A program made the translations under genes and the position numbers. DNA of 64,000 nucleotides from Abditibacterium sp. GTDB lineage: Bacteria > Armatimonadota > Abditibacteriia > Abditibacteriales > Abditibacteriaceae. Location: positions 2,496,001-2,560,000 of the forward strand of contig CBDASK010000003.1 in assembly GCA_965199495.1 (NCBI GenBank), read 5' to 3'. The notes under the pieces are model-generated. The model was not told the DNA's origin. It did no database searches and worked only from the letters and a program-made list of their open reading frames with translations. This document shows positions 1 to 9,358 of this stretch, in pieces (position 1 is the stretch's first letter; each line of letters begins with the position of its first letter).

Positions 1-651
1 ATCGCCGCTCGAAATGCCCAAAAGCCACGCGTCTTTCATCGCGTCCTGCACCACACGCATCAGCAACGCGATGAGTGCGCCCATGATGATTTGGCCGACG
101 AAGCGCGAAAACGCGCCGTCGCCGCCACTGCCGCCCAGCGAGGCCAGACCGTCGAAAACGAAGCCGCCGATGAACCCGCCCAACGCGCCGCCCAACGCGC
201 CGCGCGCGGATTGGAGCATATCGCGGCGCACGAAACCCAATCCCACGCCGACCGCCGCGCCCATCAGCGCCCAGCCGATGCCGCGCGTGATCGAGTTTTG
301 CACAAGCAAATACGAAGTCTGACCGGCCACGCCACCCAAAAACGAGAGCGCGAAAAACAAGGGCAACGCCAACAGCAAATCGCGATGCCATTGGCCGCGC
401 AGACTGCGCAAGTTGTCGTAAATTAAAATCGCCGCGCCAATCGTCAGGCCGATGGCGCCCGACCACAACGCCGAACCGACGATGAGACCGACGAGATCGG
501 TGGCGGGCGCGCCACTGTTGGCGCCCGTGAGCGAGCCGACGAGTTCGCCGACGGGGAACGACAGCAAGCCGCCGCCCGCGCCCGCAAACGCCGCCCATAA
601 ACTGCCCGCCGAAAACGGCGAAACCGCCGTTGAAGTTGTGGTGGTGCCCAT
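1..651 (-). CDS. Multi-pass Gly-rich membrane protein, 3' end outside window (possibly with a C-terminal FHA-type domain)
   Basis: Manual translation from ATG at 651 is open to position 1 (MGTTTTSTAV...GALIALLMRVVQDAMKDAWLLGISSGD) with several hydrophobic helices. Not in the ORF track because it runs off the edge. The FHA suggestion comes from context only. Confidence 0.75.
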   Translation of the reverse strand, partial: MGTTTTSTAVSPFSAGSLWAAFAGAGGGLLSFPVGELVGSLTGANSGAPATDLVGLIVGSALWSGAIGLTIGAAILIYDNLRSLRGQWHRDLLLALPLFFALSFLGGVAGQTSYLLVQNSITRGIGWALMGAAVGVGLGFVRRDMLQSARGALGGALGGFIGGFVFDGLASLGGSGGDGAFSRFVGQIIMGALIALLMRVVQDAMKDAWLLGISSGD

Positions 652-743
652 GAAATTTAGCGTTTTAATTGACGCGTCGGCGTTAAATTTGTGTTCATAA
701 GAATTGCGCGGTTGAAGCCTCAGCCCCGCCGCTACGCAAATTT

Positions 744-2642
744 CTACATCTCGTCATTCAGCCGAATGCGGCAAATATCCACGCTATAATCGCGCGCGCC
801 CGCCGCGATAATATAATCGTGGGGCGCTTGAGTAATCGGCGCGAAACGCAGTTTCTCGATGCGCCCGCGCATCGCCGAACCGCCGGGCGTGCGGCGCAAC
901 GTGTAATTGCGAAACACCGCGCCCCGCGCGGTGCGAATGAAAACCGCGTCGGTTTTGCCGACTGCCACCAGACGGCTATCGGGCGACCACGCCACGCATT
1001 CGGGCAAGCCGCCCATGTCATGCTCCCACGACAGCGTGCCTTGCGCGGCGTGCCAGACGCGCAGCCTCGAATCGGCGCCAGTCGTGGCAATCCACTGCCC
1101 GTCGGGCGACCACGTGACGCCCGTCAGCGCGGCACCGTGCGCGGTGATTTGCCCGATGTCGCTCAAATCGTGGCCGCTCCACAGGCGCAACACTCCGTCC
1201 ATAATGCCCGCGACAGCCAGCGCGTTGCCATCGGGCGACCATGCGATGGCCAGCGCGCCCGGCGTGCGCCGCGCCTTGATGGCGCCCGCATCGGCGTTCC
1301 ACAGCGTCACGGCGCCCGCATCAGCCACAGCGAGTTCGCGGCGCGCCGGACAAAACGCCAAATCGCGCACCACGCCCGCGCAATCGGTCAACTGCGCCAA
1401 AGGTTTGCTGTCGCGGCTGACCAAATTGACGCCGTCCCAAATATCAACGCGCTCATCGCGCCCGCCGCTCGCCAGCAAACTGCCGTCGGGCGCGTAGGCC
1501 AGCGCCAAAACGCCGCCCGCGTGCGCGCTCCACATCGCGCGCGCCGGAGTGATGGTATCGTGCCAGTTCCACTCGCAAATTTTGCTGTCGGCGCCGCCCG
1601 AAATCAGCCGCTTACCGTCGGGCGCAAACGCCAGCGCCAACACTGGCGCGATGTGCCGTTTCATCGTCGAATTGATCAACGCCGCGTGCGTGCCCGCCGC
1701 GTCAACGCCCGCGACATCTGGCGCCGCCATTGGCGCCGTGGCTGCTGTCGAGGCGGCTCCGATTGGCGGCGGCGGGCGGCGCGCGGGCGATTTTTGACCT
1801 TTGAGTTGCGCCTCGAATTCGCCCGCCGATTGCGGGCGGCGCGCGAATTCCATCGCTAACGCGCCCATAATCGCGTCGGTGAGCAAGGGCGTCAAGCCCG
1901 GTCGGAGCGATTCGAGTTTGGGGAGCGGAACGTCGGCGGCGCGGTCGGTGGCGGCGACGGGTTTGGTTCCGCTCAGCGCGTGATAGAGCGTGGCGGCCAG
2001 AGCGTAAATATCGCTGGCCGGGCCGCGTTTGGCGTTGGAGGCGTATTGTTCGAGCGGCGCGTAACCCGGCGTCACGATTTGCGTCATTTTGGTCGCGCTA
2101 TGGTCAAAAGCGCGCGCCGTGCCGAAATCAATCAAAACCGCGCCGCCGCTCCGGCGCAAAATCACGTTATCGGGCTTAATATCGCGATGCAAAACGCCCG
2201 CGCCATGAACAACCGCAAGCGCGCCCGCCAAGCGCGAACCGATGTCGGTCACTTCCCATTCGTCCAATCGCGTTTTGTCCTGGATGCGCGCTTCGAGCGT
2301 CTCGCCCTCGATCCATTCCATCACCATGTAGGCAGTGTTATTTTCTTCAAATGTGCCCGCGACGCCGACGATGCCGGGATGCTGGAAGCGGCCCAAAACG
2401 CGCGCTTCGTTGAGAAATTCGGCGACGCCCCGATGAAGAGCCACGGCGTCGGCCATCACGACATCGCGGCCCTGGCGCAACGCGCCCGCCGGGAAGTATT
2501 CTTTGATGGCGACGTAACGTTTGAGCGCCATATCGCCGCCTTTGTAGGTGATGCCGAAGCCGCCCTGCCCCAAAACTTCGCCGAGGGCATAGGTGCCGTT
2601 GTGAAGTCGAGTGCCGCGAGGCAGGGCGGAAGTGGAAGGCAT
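744..2642 (-). CDS. Hanks-type Ser/Thr protein kinase with C-terminal WD40 beta-propeller
   Basis: GQGGFG loop, VAIKE, HRDIKPDN, DFG and YAPLE motifs, followed by repeats of the type LAFAPDG...SGGAD...W. Confidence 0.95.
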   Translation of the reverse strand: MPSTSALPRGTRLHNGTYALGEVLGQGGFGITYKGGDMALKRYVAIKEYFPAGALRQGRDVVMADAVALHRGVAEFLNEARVLGRFQHPGIVGVAGTFEENNTAYMVMEWIEGETLEARIQDKTRLDEWEVTDIGSRLAGALAVVHGAGVLHRDIKPDNVILRRSGGAVLIDFGTARAFDHSATKMTQIVTPGYAPLEQYASNAKRGPASDIYALAATLYHALSGTKPVAATDRAADVPLPKLESLRPGLTPLLTDAIMGALAMEFARRPQSAGEFEAQLKGQKSPARRPPPPIGAASTAATAPMAAPDVAGVDAAGTHAALINSTMKRHIAPVLALAFAPDGKRLISGGADSKICEWNWHDTITPARAMWSAHAGGVLALAYAPDGSLLASGGRDERVDIWDGVNLVSRDSKPLAQLTDCAGVVRDLAFCPARRELAVADAGAVTLWNADAGAIKARRTPGALAIAWSPDGNALAVAGIMDGVLRLWSGHDLSDIGQITAHGAALTGVTWSPDGQWIATTGADSRLRVWHAAQGTLSWEHDMGGLPECVAWSPDSRLVAVGKTDAVFIRTARGAVFRNYTLRRTPGGSAMRGRIEKLRFAPITQAPHDYIIAAGARDYSVDICRIRLNDEM

Positions 2643-2691
2643 TTTGTGTGCTATAAGTATTGTAAGTTAGATATTGCGCCATTGGCCGGTT

Positions 2692-2852
2692 TGTCATTTC
2701 GAGCGCCGGGTGCCCCCTGGGCGGCAGAAATCTTTTGGCCCCGCGCCAGCGGAAATGATGCAAAAGCCTGAAGGTGAAAACCGCTCCAACTGCGCTGCCG
2801 CGCGGGCGCAAGATTTCTGCCGCCCAGGGGGCACCCGGCGCTCGAAATGACA
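2692..2852. repeat. Intergenic palindromic element (MITE/REPIN-like)
   Basis: Perfect 43-bp inverted arms at 2692-2734 and 2810-2852. Confidence 0.85.
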
Positions 2853-2859
2853 GGCCACT

Positions 2860-3732
2860 TCAACCCGCGCGCCCGTCTTTAACCGTCACTGCGCCCGCGT
2901 TGCGGCTCTCCAACACGCCCTCGAACGGCACCGACTGGTTGGGCGTGTATTTCGGCAACGTCTGCGGCGGCGTCGCATCAAGATCAATCGTCACTTTTAA
3001 AGCGCCTTTGACGTTTTTGCAATTGACAATTAGCGGCCCGGTGGCTGCATTGCCCAGGCTGACGAACTCGCCGCGCCAGTTGATTTTCTTGCCCTGAACC
3101 GAATCCCAGTAAAGCGATTGTTGCTGCGGCGTGCCCGTCGTGAGATTGGCGTAAAGTTCGTCAAATGTCGGCCCGCTTGCAGCCACGGCGCCGGTTGTCG
3201 GTGCGGCAGTCGCGTTTGGCGTTGGTTCGCTTGTCGGCGCCGTCGTCGCTTGCGCGGTTGGCGCGACCGTCGGTTGCGCGGTTGTGGCGGGCACAATCGG
3301 CGCGAGCGCCGTCGTCGCGCTGGGCGTAGGAGCCACGGCGACCGTCGGCGCCGGTTTTTTGCCCAGCAACGCCCACAACGCCATGCCCAGAAGCAACCAT
3401 CCCAAGCCGCCCGCGACCATCGCCCACGCGGGGACTTGCACCTTGTTTTGCGCGCGCTGCGCCATCGTCGGCGCGCCTTTTGGCGTTGGCGATTCAACAA
3501 TCGGCGTCGGTTTCGCTTCGCCCATCGGCGGAATTGCGACGGTTTTGGCGCCCGCATCGGTCGGCGTGGCAGATGGCGCGACGACGGGTTGCGGCGCCGA
3601 CTTTTGGGGCACATCTTTGGGCGCGACATAACCCGGCGCCCACGGCAACGCCGCGCCGCATTTGTAGCATTTCTCGACGTATTTCGAGTTTTTGGCGCCG
3701 CAAACGGCGCACTGGCCGAGATCAACTTTCAT
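2860..3732 (-). CDS. Zn-ribbon, single-TM protein with Pro/Thr/Ala linker and small C-terminal extracytoplasmic domain
   Basis: N-terminal CAVC-x10-CYKC, one TM segment (AWAMVAGGLGWLLLGMALWALLG), PT-rich linker. Confidence 0.8.
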   Translation of the reverse strand: MKVDLGQCAVCGAKNSKYVEKCYKCGAALPWAPGYVAPKDVPQKSAPQPVVAPSATPTDAGAKTVAIPPMGEAKPTPIVESPTPKGAPTMAQRAQNKVQVPAWAMVAGGLGWLLLGMALWALLGKKPAPTVAVAPTPSATTALAPIVPATTAQPTVAPTAQATTAPTSEPTPNATAAPTTGAVAASGPTFDELYANLTTGTPQQQSLYWDSVQGKKINWRGEFVSLGNAATGPLIVNCKNVKGALKVTIDLDATPPQTLPKYTPNQSVPFEGVLESRNAGAVTVKDGRAG

Positions 3733-3754
3733 GATTTTAGTTTAGATTTAACCT

Positions 3755-5590
3755 TCAATAGCCGTTGCCGCCGCTCCCCGAAACGCCGCTCAAAAATGTG
3801 GCGCTGAGCCACAGTCCCCACAAAACCGTGCCGATAATTCCCATAATGCGTCCGGCCTGCACCGTGCCTCGGTCGCCGGGGTCGCTATCGCCGTAGGCCG
3901 CGAGCGCGTTGTTGCCGGTAATCCACGCGACGGGCGCGAAAATGCCGCAACAGAAAAACCCCAAAATGCCATAAGTCAAAACCGTGCCGCCCCGCTTTGC
4001 GATAAACGGCTGCATCGCTGGCGAGTAGCCACCGCCGCCCTGCGGGTGCGGAATCGGCGGCGCATAGGGATTATTTTGTGGATAAACCGGCGCGGGCGCC
4101 ATGCCGACCGACGGATCGGCGGGCAGGTTGCGCAATTCGGTCGTAAGAATTCCGATTAAACGGCGCGTTTCATCTTTGCCGCGTCCGTAATCGCTGACCG
4201 TCATCGAGTTCGACGGGCGCGAATCCACCGTCACCATCACGCCGCGATTGTCCTGCGTGACCTGCCCGCTCACGCTTTGCGAATTGGAGCGTAAGTCCAA
4301 ACCGGTTTTGCCCAAAACACGGTAATTGGGTGCATCAACTTCGGGTTGCAGGATGCCAAATAGTCCAAAGCTGCGCTGAACCGCGAGCAAAACTCTGGTG
4401 GGCGCCGCGTTGGTGAGCAGTTGATTTTCGGAAATCTGCGTCACCGTCGCGCTGCCCGTGGCTGCACCGGGCGCCGGAGCAAACGGTACACTCGTTGGCG
4501 CCCCCGTGCCCCAGCCGCCGCCCATCTGCGTCAGGGCGTTGTCAACGGCGGGCGTCGGCACGAGCGGCGCCGCTTGCGGACGTTTAATCGCGTCCAAAAA
4601 CGCGCCGATGTTTTGCGGGCGTTCGCTGGCTTTCACCTGCATCGCCCACACCAAAGCATCAGAAAAAGTTTTGGAAAGTTTCGGGTTTAACTCGCGCGGC
4701 GCTTTCAGTTCGACGCCCGCCGCCCGGTCGGTCGCTTGGGGCGGAACTTGGCCAGTGACCGCGTGATAAAGCGTGGCTGCGAGCGCATAAATATCGGTAT
4801 ACGCGCCAAAGCGCGCCTGTTGCCCGTATTGTTCGAGCGGCGCGTAACCCGGCGTCAGCATCGTGGTTTGCTTGACGGTTTTGCCGCTCGCAAACGCGCG
4901 CGCCGTGCCAAAATCAATCAAAACCACGCGGCCATCTTTGGTCAGACAGATGTTATCGGGCTTCAAATCGCGATGAATAATGCCCGCGTCGTGAACGACT
5001 TTAAGCGCGACGCCGACTTTCTCGGCAATCGTAACCGCTTCGCTTTCGTCCAACACGGTTTGCTCGATCATGCGTTTGCTCAAAGTCGAACCTTCGAGAA
5101 ATTCCATCACCATGTAAGCGGTGTTATTCTCTTCAAAGACGCCGAAAACGCGCACGATGCCCGGATCGGAAAAGCGCGCCAGAGTGCGCGCCTCCTCGAT
5201 GAATTTGGCTTTGACGTTGGCGTAATCCGCCGCCGACAAAGTCCCGGCAGGTTGCACCGTGGCGTCCTGGCGCGCGCAGCCTTGCGGGAAAAATTCTTTG
5301 ATGGCGACGTAGCGCCGCAAATTCAAATCGCCGCCTTTATAAGTGATGCCGAAACCGCCTTGCCCCAAAACTTCGCCGACGGCGTAATTGCCGTTATTGA
5401 GGCGCACGCCCTTGGGCAATTGCGGCGAATAAGCGGCGGGCGCGATGCCGTGGCTGGATGTGCCACCGGTCTTAATGCCGGGCGTGCCGCTCATCGGCGT
5501 GCCCGTCGCGCTGAGGCCGAGCGCCGCGCCGCACGCGGCGCACGTCAAGGCGTTATCGGGGTTTTGGTGTCCGCAAACTGCGCAAATCAT
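3755..5590 (-). CDS. Ser/Thr protein kinase with N-terminal Zn ribbon and C-terminal DUF4190-like membrane hairpin
   Basis: CAVC-x10-CAAC, intact HRDLKPDN/DFG/YAPLE, C-terminal GILGFFCCGIFAPVAW...AGRIMGIIG. Confidence 0.92.
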   Translation of the reverse strand: MICAVCGHQNPDNALTCAACGAALGLSATGTPMSGTPGIKTGGTSSHGIAPAAYSPQLPKGVRLNNGNYAVGEVLGQGGFGITYKGGDLNLRRYVAIKEFFPQGCARQDATVQPAGTLSAADYANVKAKFIEEARTLARFSDPGIVRVFGVFEENNTAYMVMEFLEGSTLSKRMIEQTVLDESEAVTIAEKVGVALKVVHDAGIIHRDLKPDNICLTKDGRVVLIDFGTARAFASGKTVKQTTMLTPGYAPLEQYGQQARFGAYTDIYALAATLYHAVTGQVPPQATDRAAGVELKAPRELNPKLSKTFSDALVWAMQVKASERPQNIGAFLDAIKRPQAAPLVPTPAVDNALTQMGGGWGTGAPTSVPFAPAPGAATGSATVTQISENQLLTNAAPTRVLLAVQRSFGLFGILQPEVDAPNYRVLGKTGLDLRSNSQSVSGQVTQDNRGVMVTVDSRPSNSMTVSDYGRGKDETRRLIGILTTELRNLPADPSVGMAPAPVYPQNNPYAPPIPHPQGGGGYSPAMQPFIAKRGGTVLTYGILGFFCCGIFAPVAWITGNNALAAYGDSDPGDRGTVQAGRIMGIIGTVLWGLWLSATFLSGVSGSGGNGY

Positions 5591-5600
5591 AATGTAAAAG

Positions 5601-5734
5601 GGGACAGGAAACAGGAGACAAGGGAGACGGGGGAAACGCTACTCTCGCCAGACGCGCCTTAAAAGTCATAGTCACCCGATTGTTGTCATGCTCATTTCCT
5701 GTCTCCTGTTTCCCTCGTTTCCTGTCTCCTGTTC
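5601..5734. repeat. Imperfect inverted repeat built from short GGAAACA/GGAGACA units
   Basis: Purine-rich arm at ~5601-5638 and complementary pyrimidine-rich arm at ~5694-5734. Confidence 0.55.
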
Positions 5735-7140
5735 TACGTTCCCGTCATACGACGAATCTCTTCCGCCGACAAGCCACCGCGCCCGTCGTCGCCGACGACG
5801 GCGGTTTTGATGGTTTTGGTTTTCAGGCCCAACTGAACGGTTTTGGCGGTGCCGACCGAAATCGCGCCACTCGAATTCAGTTCGTCCATCGCGTTGGTCA
5901 GCATTTGCGTCATGGCGGCGTTGCCCAAGCGCTGCGTCATGCCCGCCGCGACTTGTAACGTTTGGCCCGCGCGCGAGGCGTCAATCGTCGCGATGCGCAC
6001 GGCGTCCTCGACCAAACGGCCCACGTTTTTCTGCTGCACGTAGCCGATAATTTCGGCATCAACGGCGGCAATCGCGGCTTCGTCGGTGGTGAACTCGATA
6101 AACAAGTTTTCGGGCGGAAACTCCTGCACGCGGCCCAAACCGGGCGCGTTGGCGACCAAGCCCAACTGCGAAATCCGCACGCGCGAAGGCGGACGCTCGA
6201 CGCCCTCGACCGTCATCTCGAAAATAAAAACGGTGAAATCGCCTTTCTCGATGTTGCCCAAACGCAACGGTTTTTCGCCCGCGTTGACATCGGCCAAATT
6301 GGGATAAACCCGCGTCACCGCGTTGACGCTGACGCCCTTAACGCTCGAAATCGTCGCCTTCAAATCGGTGACGACTTCGTTGATGCCTTTACCGATTTCC
6401 TCTTGCAAGACCGCGCCCATATCGGTGATTTCGCGCACATGATAAGGTCGTCCCTGCGTCGCGTCGGCCATCTGGCGCATCAGTTCGGCGTTGTATTCTT
6501 CGCCAAAACCAATCGAAATAATCGGCGTATTCGATTGCGCAAACGACGGCAAAAGTTCGCTGCACTGTTCTTCGTCAAATGCCGCGCCGTCGGTGAAAAC
6601 GATGGCGCGCTTGGCGGTTTCGGGCGGCAAGCGATTCATTTCGGCCAGAGCGCAGCGAAGTCCCTGCGCCATGCGCGTGCCTCCAGCGAAATCGCGCAAA
6701 CTTTCAATCGCCGAATGCAAATTGCCGCGTTGCGAAACCGGCGTGAGTGGCACCAAAGTGCGCGCTTCGTCATCGAAATGAATAATCGAAATCGTGTCGG
6801 TGGGCGCTAAGCGTTCGTCGTCCACCATGATGTGCGCGGCCTGAATCGCCTGATCTAATAACGTCGGCAAATTCATGTCGTAGGCGGCGTAGTTGCCGCC
6901 GTCCATCGCGCTGTCGCGGCCCTGCGCGCCGATCTGCTGGGCCAGCGTTTTGGCCTCGCTTTGGTCGGCGTACGATTGCATCGAGGCGCTGGTATCAATC
7001 ACGAGCGCGAGCGCGAGCGGCGGGCGCGAGGCGGCGACTTGCGCTTCGGGAATCATTTTAAGCATGGCGAACACTTTTTGCGCGTCGCCCGTGCCCGCTT
7101 TGAGACTGTTGCGGTGCGGCTTCCAGATGATTTTTAACAT
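5734..7140 (-). CDS. von Willebrand factor A (vWA) domain protein
   Basis: MIDAS motif DTSASM ... GGT ... FTDG. Confidence 0.92.
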   Translation of the reverse strand: MLKIIWKPHRNSLKAGTGDAQKVFAMLKMIPEAQVAASRPPLALALVIDTSASMQSYADQSEAKTLAQQIGAQGRDSAMDGGNYAAYDMNLPTLLDQAIQAAHIMVDDERLAPTDTISIIHFDDEARTLVPLTPVSQRGNLHSAIESLRDFAGGTRMAQGLRCALAEMNRLPPETAKRAIVFTDGAAFDEEQCSELLPSFAQSNTPIISIGFGEEYNAELMRQMADATQGRPYHVREITDMGAVLQEEIGKGINEVVTDLKATISSVKGVSVNAVTRVYPNLADVNAGEKPLRLGNIEKGDFTVFIFEMTVEGVERPPSRVRISQLGLVANAPGLGRVQEFPPENLFIEFTTDEAAIAAVDAEIIGYVQQKNVGRLVEDAVRIATIDASRAGQTLQVAAGMTQRLGNAAMTQMLTNAMDELNSSGAISVGTAKTVQLGLKTKTIKTAVVGDDGRGGLSAEEIRRMTGT

Positions 7141-7170
7141 GATTTTAAGTCGTTTGAATTTCTTGTGCTT

Positions 7171-7267
7171 CGTAGAGACACCGACTTGTCGTGTCTAAAA
7201 AGGTCTGATTTGCTTCAACTTTGCGATAGCTCCGACGTTTTAGACACGACAAGTCGGTGTCTCTACG
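7171..7267. repeat. GTAG-type REP doublet (REPIN-like), copy 1
   Basis: Perfect 30-bp arms at 7171-7200 and 7238-7267. Each arm is GTAG plus an internal palindrome (AGACACCGACTTGTCGTGTCT). Confidence 0.88.
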
Positions 7268-7288
7268 GGGCACGATAGAAACCGAAAC

Positions 7289-9238
7289 CTATCCAAAAAC
7301 CGGCGCCGCGCTTTCGTCCAACCGAAACAAAACCAGCGTCGCGTTATCCGGCGCGCCGCGTTGCAACGCCAACTTGAGCAGCGCCCGCGTCGCGCCGCGC
7401 AAATCGTTCCCGCCAATCGCTTCGGACATTTCGCTTTCGACGACCGGCTCCCACAAACCGTCCGAACAGGCCAGCAACACGTCGCCGCTTTGCAAATCCA
7501 AAGTCGGCGTTTGCTTTTGCACCGCCAAAGTGTCAATGAAATAATCGGGTTGCGGATGGCGCTCGCCCAGACTGCGCGTGACTTTGTTGCGGTCGCCGTG
7601 CGTGCGAATTTCCTCAAACGTGATTTCGCCCTGCAACAACAGCGACATCACGAACGAATGATCGCGCGACAAGAGTTCGTATTCGCCATTTCGCAACAAA
7701 TAAAAGCGCCCATCGCCGACATGCGCGATAGACAGGCGTTTTTCGATGACCAAACCGGCGTCGAGCGTGCAGCCACCGCGCGCGCCGCGCGCTTGCATCG
7801 CGTTCACGACGGCGCCGTTCGAGAGCGCCGCCCAATCTTTGACCAACTGCGCTTGCTGCGCGGCGGGCAACGCCGACAAATCCGCGTTATCGGTCGCTCC
7901 GGCCCACGATGACGCGGCGTCCAAAAACGTTTGAACCGCGACTTCACTCGCGACTTCGCCCGCCGCCATGCCGCCCATGCCGTCGGCCACGATAAACGCT
8001 GACCAAGCCAATGGCCCGCTTTCGGTTTCCCACGCGCCGCCAAGCACGCCAAACGCGTCCTGATTGGTGACGCGCGACGGCTCCAAACCAATCGTTGATA
8101 ATCCGCATCCATCGTGCGACACGGTCGGCTTGAGGCGCGCTTTGAGTTTGACGAGCGCCTTATGCAATTCGGACGCGTTGTTAAATCGCGTGTCGGCTTC
8201 GCCCAGCACCCGCCGCAAAATTTGCGGCACGCCCGCCATGACGACGCGCGGCTTCCAACTCAAAAAATCAACGCCGCTTTCGGGCACAGCTTCGCCGGTC
8301 ACGGCGCGATAGAGCAGCGCGCCGACGGCATATAAATCGGAGCGCGCGTCTACTTTGCCGGGCTGCAAAAGTTCGGGCGCCGAATAGCCCGCCAGCGAAA
8401 GCGCCGCTTCGAGCGGTTCGCCAATCGGCGCGGCGAACGAACAATCCAAGATTTGCACCGGTTTGCCCGAAACGATGTCTTCAGGCCGCAACCCCAAATG
8501 CGCGAATCCAACTTCGTGCAAGCGCACCAAGAACGCCGCGACTTGCGTTAAAAGCAACAAAGTCTCGCCCAGAAACTCGGTTTCGCTGGCTTCGCGCTGT
8601 TCGGCGGGCAATGCAGCCACGGCGGCTTCGTGCGCGCTGAAAAACTGGCCAAGCGTCGGCCCACTCGTCGGCATCTCGGTCGCGAGATAAACGCAATTAT
8701 CGCTCGCAAAACCACTAATCACGCGCGGCAACATCGCCAAGCGCGCGGCCTCTTCCCAGTGCGCGCGCCACATCTTTTCGCGGCTCAAGCGCTCGCCCCA
8801 TTCGCCGCTCGCCTGCCGCAAACGCCCGGCTTGTTCTTCGCCATCGCCGCGTTGCCAGCGCGCGCGATAAACGTTCTCGCCGCCGCGCGTCTCCAAATGC
8901 TCTTCGACAATAAAAACGCCATCGAAAGCCCGAATTGGCGCGCCGACTTCCAATATCGGCGGCGCGACCGACGGCAACGGCTCGCTCCATTCTTCGAGTT
9001 CACCATCATCTTCAATTATCGGCGCTATTTCGGTGGAAATTTGCGCTTCGGGCGCGGCGAATTCCACATCGAACTCGGACAAATCGGTTTCGACTTCAGC
9101 GATTGGTTCGAGCGCAATTGGCTCAATAAATTCGGCGATGGGCGCTTCATCGGGCGGCGTGGCTGTTGGCTCGGTAGGCATTTGCGGTTCGGGATTCGAG
9201 GTTTTGCCCGCGCCTTTTAAAATATTGAAGAGGCTCAT
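7289..9238 (-). CDS. Degenerate kinase domain fused to PP2C (PPM) Ser/Thr phosphatase
   Basis: PP2C motifs NQD, VADGMGG, HVGDGR, CSDGLW and DNAT. Kinase-like region has HLGLRPEDI, DCS, YSAPE and SDLYAVG. Confidence 0.9.
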   Translation of the reverse strand: MSLFNILKGAGKTSNPEPQMPTEPTATPPDEAPIAEFIEPIALEPIAEVETDLSEFDVEFAAPEAQISTEIAPIIEDDGELEEWSEPLPSVAPPILEVGAPIRAFDGVFIVEEHLETRGGENVYRARWQRGDGEEQAGRLRQASGEWGERLSREKMWRAHWEEAARLAMLPRVISGFASDNCVYLATEMPTSGPTLGQFFSAHEAAVAALPAEQREASETEFLGETLLLLTQVAAFLVRLHEVGFAHLGLRPEDIVSGKPVQILDCSFAAPIGEPLEAALSLAGYSAPELLQPGKVDARSDLYAVGALLYRAVTGEAVPESGVDFLSWKPRVVMAGVPQILRRVLGEADTRFNNASELHKALVKLKARLKPTVSHDGCGLSTIGLEPSRVTNQDAFGVLGGAWETESGPLAWSAFIVADGMGGMAAGEVASEVAVQTFLDAASSWAGATDNADLSALPAAQQAQLVKDWAALSNGAVVNAMQARGARGGCTLDAGLVIEKRLSIAHVGDGRFYLLRNGEYELLSRDHSFVMSLLLQGEITFEEIRTHGDRNKVTRSLGERHPQPDYFIDTLAVQKQTPTLDLQSGDVLLACSDGLWEPVVESEMSEAIGGNDLRGATRALLKLALQRGAPDNATLVLFRLDESAAPVFG

Positions 9239-9254
9239 AACTTGGGAGAAATTT

Positions 9255-9349
9255 GTAGAGACGCCGATTTATCGCGTCTAAAACGTGAATGAATTCGTGA
9301 AGTTTGCGGGCACTTCCACGTTTTAGACGCGATAAATCGGCGTCTCTAC
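9255..9349. repeat. GTAG-type REP doublet (REPIN-like), copy 2
   Basis: Perfect 33-bp arms at 9255-9287 and 9317-9349 (GTAGAGACGCCGATTTATCGCGTCTAAAACGTG). Confidence 0.88.
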
Positions 9350-9358
9350 GGCATTGCA

